From the NCBI RefSeq assembly GCF_001194135.2, contig NC_069008.1:9377561-9420192 (forward strand): DNA of 42,632 bases, in the 5' to 3' direction. Source of the DNA: Octopus bimaculoides. Lineage: Eukaryota. Below the pieces are notes generated by a model. It was not told where the DNA came from. It did no database searches and was given only the letters and a program-made list of their open reading frames with translations. The position numbers and the translations under genes were made by a program. Positions 34,136 through 42,632 of the stretch are shown here, one piece after another (the first letter of the stretch is position 1; each line of letters begins with the position of its first letter).

Positions 34136-34745
34136 AAAGTTGAAGTGTGACACACTGACATTCACATTTATTATATTAGATATGTTTAATTTTATATATA
34201 TGTGTGTATGTCTGTATATGTAAAAATGCATATATATGTGTATGTGTGTGTGTATTAAAGAAAGCAACAAATAAAATAAAAACGATAATGTTCAGTATGT
34301 TGGCCACAGGAATTTCTGTCAAAGAGACACTGTTAAACAAAATTGTACATCATCGCCCTCTTTCTCTCTCTTATTATTATTACTCCCACCGTCACCATCA
34401 ACACTACTACTTTTAATAAAACATTATCAATTTCTTTATCTCTCTTTCTCTCTCTCTCTCTGTCTGTCTTTGCCACCACCCTCACCATCTCTATGCCTAC
34501 TATCACTCTCACCCCAGCACAAGGAGTAATAGAAGTGTCATTGAATAGTGAGAGAAGGGAGTCAAAGTGTGACACACTGACACAGAAGTTAGTTACACAT
34601 TCATTATGTGTGTGTGTGTGTGTGTATGTTAATTATTTACTTGTATATTTATAATTCTACTTTTTATGGTGCTTTATTCTTGCTGGATAGTAATATCATT
34701 TTTAATAATATTTATACTTTTTGTGTATATGTATATATACACATA

Positions 34746-36779
34746 CACTGATACCTCACAGTATGAGTTCCATGACTGAGCTCATTTTATGATTTACTCC
34801 TATTACAAATCAATTTTCCCTATTGAAACTAACTAAACTATAATTAATCTGTTCCAGCCCCAAAAAACCACCCAAAAATAATTTTTATGGGTTTTGAAAC
34901 AGAAAAGGTGTAGTTACAAGTAAAATGGCAATTATAGAAAAGAAAATGCTGAAGAAATATGTAAACTGGTTTTATTAACTGAATTACTTTGAAGATGAGA
35001 TGATTTGTGTGCAAGGAAATAATAGAGCAGGGAGGAGGAGGAGAATTACTGTTTGGAAGGAGATTCTCCTTCCATTAACACTTCAGGAAGAAATGAAACA
35101 TCAAGAGAAGTCTGCTTTTTCCTGCCTTTCAAAATGTTACAAAAATACACCAGGGCTGAGTCATGAAATAAAGCAACTGCACAACCTGTATGTAGCTACT
35201 TTTTCAGGATTATATTTCTCTACAAATTCAGAAACATACTGCCACTTTACCGACACTACCTTTATGTCACTTGTAGAGATGACAGGTGTCTCAGACTCAA
35301 ACCCCTCAAAGTCTCTTTCGGATACACAGTCAGGCCACAGTTTCTTCCATGCAGAATTCAGTGTTCTCCTTGTTACACCTTGCCAGGCCATATCGATGAT
35401 TTTCAGGCAGCTTACAATGTTGTAGTGTTCCTTCCAAAACTTACAAAGGGTTAGATTTGTATTTTCAGTGACTTCAAAGCACCAATGAAACAGGTGTTTG
35501 GTGTACAATTTCTTAAAATTAGAACTCGCCTGTTAATCTAAATTTAAGTTCGTCCAGGATATCATCTACAAAGTTAGGAGGGAGAGCAGGAGCATTGTTG
35601 AGGATGAGGAGGGCCTTGAGAGGAAGGTTGTTCTCCAGAAGGTATTTTGTCCGAAAACAAGGTCAACCCACTCAGAGAAGCATTGCCTGGTGGCCCAGGC
35701 TTTAACATTTTTCCTCTACATGACCTGCAGCTTCCCCTTCAGGATTTTGTGCAACTTGAATGCTCATGAGTTTTCAGAATGGTAGACAAGGAGCGGCTTA
35801 TTCTTCAAGTTTTCACTTGCATTGGAACAAAGGGCAAGAGTTAACCTGTCTTTCATAGGCTTGTAGCTTGGCATTTTCTCCTCCTCTGCAGTTATGTCAA
35901 TTCTGAGCATTTTTTTCTCCAAAAAAAGGCCAGTTTCATCACAGCTGAATACCTACTGTGCGATGTACCCCTCGATGCGATGAGCCTATGAAATTCACGC
36001 ACGCAATTTTCAGCTGCCTTCATGTCAGAACTTGCTGCTTCTCCATACATGATGACATTATGAACACCAGTCCTCTTCTTGAAATTATCAAACCAGCTGC
36101 AACTGGTCTTAAATGCATCTGTTGATGTCTCTTCCATCAATGTTGCAGGGTTCTGCTTCAGGAGATCCCCACACAATGCTAGTGCTTTCTCACAGGTGAT
36201 GGTCTCCATAATCATATCCATTGTGAGTTGCTTCTCGTTGATCCATAGGAGAAGCAATTTTTCCATCTTTTCATGGACAGATGTACATTGCTTAGAGAGC
36301 CTGGAGATGTCCTTTGCTGTTGTGACGGCCTTGATCTCATCCTTTTTCTTCAGGATGGTGCAGATGATCGATATGCTTCACTTGTATTGACATGCTATGT
36401 CCACTACATGCACTCCTCTCTCATGTTTATCAATGATTTTCTGCTTCAATTCTATTGCAATCAGCTTTTCTTCTTTTCAGCACCGTCCTTTGCACTAACC
36501 TTCCTAGGACCTATGGCTAACAAAACTAATTATTATAAAATTATAGCAAAAAATGCACAAAACTAAACAAAAACATTGGGGAAAACACAACAGGAATGCT
36601 GCCACAAGATAAATACATGAACTGAGCTAGCGGAGACCGTGCCAATTAGCAGTTGCTTGTATGAAACTCACTCATACTGCAGATTTCCGCTCATACTTCA
36701 AGACGAAAATTCGCACAATCCTTGGCTCATAAAGCAAGTTACTTGTACACTGGTGCACTCATACTGCGAGGTTCTACTG
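34746..36779 (-). mobile_element. Tigger/pogo DNA transposon, pseudogenised, both TIRs present
   Basis: CENP-B-type HTH (MEKLLLLWINEKQ...FKTSCSWFDNFKKR..GEAASSD) and DDE C-terminus (FWKEHYNI...AWQGV...AWKKLWP). TA-flanked TIR CAGTAGAACCTCGCAGTATGAGT with a degenerate partner at 34746. Confidence 0.92.
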
Positions 36780-36809
36780 TATATATGTATTTATAACACG
36801 GGCTTCTTT

Positions 36810-36955
36810 CAGTTTCCATCTTCCAAATCCACTCACAAGGCTTTGGTCAGCCTGAGGCTATGGTAGAAGACACTTGCCCGAGGTGCCACACAGTGGAACT
36901 GAACCAGGAACTATGTGGTTAGGGAGCAAGCTTCTTACCACACAGCCACACTTGT
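36810..36955 (-). mobile_element. tRNA-headed SINE (CORE-like)
   Basis: Reverse complement of the 42265 family head. Confidence 0.8.
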
Positions 36956-37199
36956 GCCTATATATATACACATATATACATACATGCATATATATGTATA
37001 TACACACACACATATATATATACACATGCATACTTACCTTTATACATACATACACACATATACATGGTGACTCAGAAGTCATGCTACTATTCAAGAAATG
37101 CAAAACAATTTTCCTAATAATTATATCTTTTCTTTTGTTTCAGATATCAAAACATGGATCCTTGGAAAGTTATAATAGAGAAACATAGCACATCCCAAT

Positions 37200-37648
37200 G
37201 AACTAAAATTGTAGAATTTTATTTTGGATGGTCCATTGTGCACACAAGAGCATACAGGTGCCATGACAGAGTAAGAAATCCACTCAGCAGTTATTTATCT
37301 AATACATGACTTTCAGAAACAAGGATCAAGTGGTCAACCTGTCATGAGTTGAGAGATCGTGTTTCATCAGAATGCCGGTGAATAGGAATCACATTAAGCA
37401 AAGCATTCAGCAAGATACAACATCCACTAAAGCCATTCCCATGAGCTTGATTTCCCCAGAACATCCTTACAGCATCTTCAAAAGGATTTGCACATGTATC
37501 CATACAAGGTACAAATAGTGAAAGTGATAAAGCTGTTAGATTATGTTTTGTTTCCAAGATGTGACGAGACTACAACGAATTTCTTCACAAAATAATCATG
37601 GGCAATGAAGCCTATTTTCACATCAGTGGATTTGTCAATAAGCAAAAG
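37200..37648 (+). mobile_element. Tc1/mariner-superfamily transposase N-terminal fragment (third type)
   Basis: KDLHMYPYKVQIV...FLHKIIMGNEAYFHISGFVNKQ, a degenerate (S)DEAHFHL.G.VNKQN motif. Confidence 0.7.
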
Positions 37649-37649
37649 A

Positions 37650-37962
37650 GCGTTGTTGTTGGCACTCTGTCGCTTACGACGTTGAGGGTTCCAGTTGATC
37701 CGATCAACGGAACAGCCTGCTCGTGAAAATTAACGTGCAAGTGGCTGAGCACTCCACAGACACGTGTACCCTTAACGTAGTTCTTGGGGATATTCAGCAT
37801 GACACAGTGTGACAAGGCTGACCCTTTGAATTACAGGCACAACAGAAACAGGAAGAAAGAGTGAGAGAAAGTTGTGGTGAAAGAGTTCAGCAGGGTTCGC
37901 CACCATCCCCTGCCGGAGCCTCATGGAGCTTTAGGCGTTTTCGCTCAATAAACACTCACAAC
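37650..37962 (-). mobile_element. SINE-like repeat 3' portion with (AAC)n tail
   Basis: Starts GTTGTTGTTGGCACTCTGTCG on the plus strand; I recognise it as a common repeat body; runs into a gap. Confidence 0.55.
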
Positions 37963-38832
37963 NNNNNNNNNNNNNNNNNNNNNNNNNNNNNNNNNNNNNN
38001 NNNNNNNNNNNNNNNNNNNNNNNNNNNNNNNNNNNNNNNNNNNNNNNNNNNNNNNNNNNNNNNNNNNNNNNNNNNNNNNNNNNNNNNNNNNNNNNNNNNN
38101 NNNNNNNNNNNNNNNNNNNNNNNNNNNNNNNNNNNNNNNNNNNNNNNNNNNNNNNNNNNNNNNNNNNNNNNNNNNNNNNNNNNNNNNNNNNNNNNNNNNN
38201 NNNNNNNNNNNNNNNNNNNNNNNNNNNNNNNNNNNNNNNNNNNNNNNNNNNNNNNNNNNNNNNNNNNNNNNNNNNNNNNNNNNNNNNNNNNNNNNNNNNN
38301 NNNNNNNNNNNNNNNNNNNNNNNNNNNNNNNNNNNNNNNNNNNNNNNNNNNNNNNNNNNNNNNNNNNNNNNNNNNNNNNNNNNNNNNNNNNNNNNNNNNN
38401 NNNNNNNNNNNNNNNNNNNNNNNNNNNNNNNNNNNNNNNNNNNNNNNNNNNNNNNNNNNNNNNNNNNNNNNNNNNNNNNNNNNNNNNNNNNNNNNNNNNN
38501 NNNNNNNNNNNNNNNNNNNNNNNNNNNNNNNNNNNNNNNNNNNNNNNNNNNNNNNNNNNNNNNNNNNNNNNNNNNNNNNNNNNNNNNNNNNNNNNNNNNN
38601 NNNNNNNNNNNNNNNNNNNNNNNNNNNNNNNNNNNNNNNNNNNNNNNNNNNNNNNNNNNNNNNNNNNNNNNNNNNNNNNNNNNNNNNNNNNNNNNNNNNN
38701 NNNNNNNNNNNNNNNNNNNNNNNNNNNNNNNNNNNNNNNNNNNNNNNNNNNNNNNNNNNNNNNNNNNNNNNNNNNNNNNNNNNNNNNNNNNNNNNNNNNN
38801 NNNNNNNNNNNNNNNNNNNNNNNNNNNNNNNN

Positions 38833-39058
38833 GGCACATAAAAGACACCATTTCGAGCGTGGCCGTTTTCGTGCGGGTGACACGTAAAAGCACCCACTAC
38901 ACTCTCTGAGTGGTTGGCGTTAGGAAGGGCATCCAGCTGTAGAAACTCTGCCAAATCAGACTGGAGCCTGGTGTTGCCATCCAGTTTCACCAGTCCTCAG
39001 TCAAATCGTCCAACCCATGCTAGCATGGAAAGCGGACGTTAAACGATGATGATGATGA
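38833..39058 (+). mobile_element. RTE-type retroposon 3' tail (young copy)
   Basis: Nearly identical to 285-468. Confidence 0.88.
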
Positions 39059-39189
39059 TATCTTCAAGGATGAGAAGAGTAATGTATTGATAATGAATGA
39101 CTGGTGTCCAATACTAAGACATGTCAGAGCAACTTGTCTGTAGTTTTTTGACTCTACAGAAAACCTTAGTTCTGAACAGAATAGATAAT

Positions 39190-39530
39190 TTCTCACAGCT
39201 TTGGTTTGCAAACTCGTCCAGTCTCATTGAAGAAAGTAAAGGGTTACAAAGATCATTCACCAGTAAAATAACCTCAGTTAAAAGCCTTAATTACTGAGAA
39301 CATTTGAAAGTTCTGCATCTCTATTCTCTTGAACACTAAAGAGAAAGATACTATCATATACATCTGGAAAGTCCTGAAGAGGCATGTTCCAGACTTTGGC
39401 TTTAGAGAGAATTTTAATGCATAAACTGGTAGATACAATCATCTTCCAAATATACCATATCTGAAAACTTAAGCAAAAACACTCTAAGTGTACAGTCTGA
39501 TATTTGGAGGTCCTCAATTGTTCAACTAAT
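39190..39530 (+). mobile_element. CR1/L2-like LINE 3' ORF2 fragment
   Basis: LQRSFTSKITSVKSLNY*EHLKVLHLYSLEH*RERYY..IWKVL (across a frameshift). Confidence 0.75.
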
Positions 39531-39555
39531 GGATGAAGTTTAAAGTGATACACAG

Positions 39556-42241
39556 TCATCATCATCATCATCATCATCGTCGTCGTCGCCATCGTCGTTT
39601 AACGTCTGTTTTCCATTCTAGCATGGGTTGGACGGTTCGACAGGGGTCTGGGAAGCCAGGAGGCTGCGCCAGGCTCCAGTCTGATCTGGCAGTGTTTTTA
39701 CAGCTGGATGCCCTTCCTAATGCCAACCACTCCGTGAGTGTAGTAGGTGCTTTTTACAGGGGCCAGAGGAGGCTGGCATCGGCCACATTCAGATGGTGCT
39801 TTTTACGTGCCACCGGCACGGGTATTACAATTACAGTTTCCATATTTTTAATTTGAATTGATGTACTTGACTCAATAGGTCTCTTCAAGCACAGCAGGTT
39901 GCCCTACGATCCAAGGTACTTTTGAATGGGCTGGGACTGGTTATGCAAAACTGGTGTAGGATACAGCCATGAACTCACTTTATTTGTCAGGTCTTCACAG
40001 TCACAGCGCATCTCCAGAGGTCTTGGTCTTTCATCATCGCCTCTGTGAGGCCCGACATTTGAAGGTCATGTTTCACTACCTCATCCCATGTCTTCCTGGC
40101 TCTACCTCTACCCTGGATTCCTTCAACTGTTTGGGAGTAGCACTTCTTCACACATCTCTCCTCATCCATCTGTAGTACATGACCATACCAGCGCAAACGT
40201 CTCTCTTGCACACCACATCTGATGCTTCTTATGTCCAACATTTCTCTCAGGGTGCTTACACTCTGTCATGTGTTCACACTGACATTACACATCCAGCGGA
40301 TCATGCTAGCTTCATTTCTTTTGAGCCTACGCATGTCCTCCACAGTTTGCACACATGCATCATACAATCTACCTTTCACTCTGAGCGAGAGGCCTTTTGT
40401 CACCAGTAAGGGTAGAAGCTTTCTGAACTTTGCCCAGGCTATTCTTATTCTAGTGGTAACACTCTCTGAGCATCCACCCCCACTACTAACTTGGTTGCCT
40501 AGGTAGCGGAAGCTATCAACTACTTCTAGTCCCCCGACCCTGGAATGTGATGGAATCTGTTTTCTGAGCATCTGTGGTGTTTATTGCCTCTGTGCATCTG
40601 CCACACACGAAAGCTATCTTCTCGGTTAATCTTCCTTTGATGCTGCTGCACCTCTTATGTGTCTATAGCTTACACTGGGTACATCTTATGGAGTTTCTAC
40701 CTACACCATTTCTACAGATCGAGCAGGGCCAACTACCTGAGGGGTTGTGTGATGAGTTCGCCTTCCTACTTACTAGAACTTTGGTCTTTGCTACATTGAC
40801 TCTAAAGCCTTTTGATTCTAAACCTTGCTTCCACACCCGGANNNNNNNNNNACTCTAAAGCCTTTTGATTCTAAACCTTGCTTCCACACCCGGAATTTCT
40901 TTTCTAGTTCCGGTAGTGATTCTGCTATGAGGGCCAGGTCATCAGCAAAGAGGAGCTCCCAGAGACAACCCATCTTGAATTCCTCTGTTATTGCCTGGAA
41001 GATTATGATGAATAAAAGGGGACTGAGGGCTGAACTTTGGTGGACCCCTACTTCTACCTGGAATTCTTCATTATGCTCATTGCCAATCCTAACCTTACTA
41101 ACAGCCTCTCTGTATAGGGTCTGTACAACCCTTATTAACCATTCGTCAATCTCCAGTTTCCACATCACCCACCAGATAAGGGATCAGGGAACCCTGTCAA
41201 AGGCTTTCTCCAAGTCCACAAAAGCTAAGTATAGGGGTTTATCTTTAGCTAGGTATTTCTCCTGCAGTTGTCGAACCAGGAATATGGCATCAGTGGTGCT
41301 TCTACCCAGCACAATACCAAACTGCATCTCATCTAAGCAGACTCTCTCCCTAATGAGATGGACTATGACCCTCTCTGTGACCTTCATCCCCTGATCCAGC
41401 GGTTTGATACCTCTGTAGTTATTTCTATTGAGAGCATTACCTTTACCCTTGTGGCAGTTGACTATGGTGCTGCTACGCCAGTCATTGGGTGTGACTCCAT
41501 CATGAACTACCTGGTTTACAATGCACGTGACTAGGCCAAAGCCCACACAACCAGATGTTTTAAGCATCTCAGCTGTGATTCCTGATGGGCCCAGGGGCTT
41601 TTCCTGGCTTCATACCCTTAATTGCTTTATCTACCAGGGAGCTGTCTATTTGGATAGCTGGTCCCTCTAGTGGGTCAACATTTGGCAGGCTCTCCTTCTC
41701 CCATTCATTCTCCACGTTCAGCAGTCTTTCATAATGGCATTTCCAAGCCTCTTTCTTTTCTGAATCATTAAAAGCAAGTGCACCATCATCCATGCAGACA
41801 CATTTCTCTCCTGTGACATCACAATTTTCTCTCACACACTTTCTTGCAATCTGAAATACCTCAGTTTTTTGGTCCTCACATCACTGGACATTGGCAAACT
41901 TCTTCTTTTCTGCTTTACCCTTGGCTATGTATACCTGCTACCCAGCCTCCCTTTTGGCTACCTAGTACAGTTCCCTGCTACCCCCACCCTTCCAGGCTTT
42001 CCAGGCCTGTTTCTTTGCTCTAAAGGCTTTGTCTACCGTACTATTCTACCACCACGTAATTCTAGGTCTGGAAGGGACTTTGCACCATCCGCAGACTTGG
42101 TCTGTGGCACTCAGCAAGCTGTCCCATAGGAATTTCCAGCTACCTTCTATGTCCAATGTCTGTAGCTCCTCCTCTCTCTCATCAAATTTCTTGATGAGGA
42201 TGTCCCCAAATCTCTGACCATGTGAAGGGTTCTTTAGCTTC
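39556..42241 (-). mobile_element. RTE-clade LINE, 5'-truncated after the APE domain, pseudogenised
   Basis: NYRGIK, TTDAIFLVRQLQEKY..LAFVDLEKAFDRVP, ELLFADDLAL, C4HC3 finger, RLRWYGHV, followed by a 3' UTR and (GAT/GAC)n tail. Confidence 0.95.
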
Positions 42242-42264
42242 CATATACATACATTTTATGCGTA

Positions 42265-42420
42265 GGTATGGCTGTGTGGTAAGAAGCTTGCTTCCCAACC
42301 ACATGGTTCTGGGTTCAATCCCATAGCATGGCACCTTGGGCAAGTATCTTCTACTATAGCTTCAGGCCGACCAAAGCCTTGTGAGTGGATTTGGTAGACG
42401 GAAACTGAAATAGGCCTGTC
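42265..42420 (+). mobile_element. tRNA-headed SINE (CORE-like)
   Basis: TGGCTGTGTGG (A box-like), GGTTCAATCCC (B box), then CACCTTGGGCAAGT. Confidence 0.85.
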
Positions 42421-42632
42421 ATATATATATATATATATATATATATTTCGTATGTGTATTTCGTGTGCAAGATTCTTGATGTGGATACGTGTGTTGAAAG
42501 AAATACAATTAAACCTTGGGAGAGGCATTATGCCGGTAATAAACACACGCACTGGTTCAGTCCTTTATTAATTTATATAGTTTTTTGTTAAATTATTTCA
42601 TTGCACTCTTGCAATCTCTTCAGTAACTTGTC

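Noticed and set aside
40799-40894. 43-bp direct repeat in the RTE ORF
   Set aside because: Same 10-N overlap artefact.
42265-42340. Possible tRNA genes (A and B boxes) at SINE heads
   Set aside because: No complete cloverleaf; each continues into a shared SINE body.

Overview
AT-rich, gapped animal genomic scaffold (large N runs plus several 10-N joins) made almost entirely of transposable-element debris and microsatellites. The SINE and RTE-tail families look like those of octopus/coleoid cephalopods; this is my inference from recognising the families, not a database result. No host protein-coding gene, tRNA, rRNA or CRISPR array can be supported. Retroelement remnants: Penelope-like (GIY-YIG), RTE, CR1/L2-like, L1/Tx1 and HERO-type (RLE) elements, plus tRNA-headed SINEs. 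DNA transposon remnants: several mariner/Tc1 families, a Tigger/pogo element with both TIRs, a hAT, Helitrons, and a Merlin-like MITE with an 8-bp TSD that carries a head-to-head telomeric-repeat palindrome. The most interesting signal is a set of about ten minimal type I hammerhead-ribozyme-like motifs from about six unrelated repeat families. They share GAAA, a (near-)palindromic stem III and an NUH triplet, but stem II varies from 2 bp to about 135 nt. The core 3-8 pair appears as C-G, G-C and A-U. Many of the motifs sit in long fold-back inverted repeats. Ribozyme activity is inferred from structure only.
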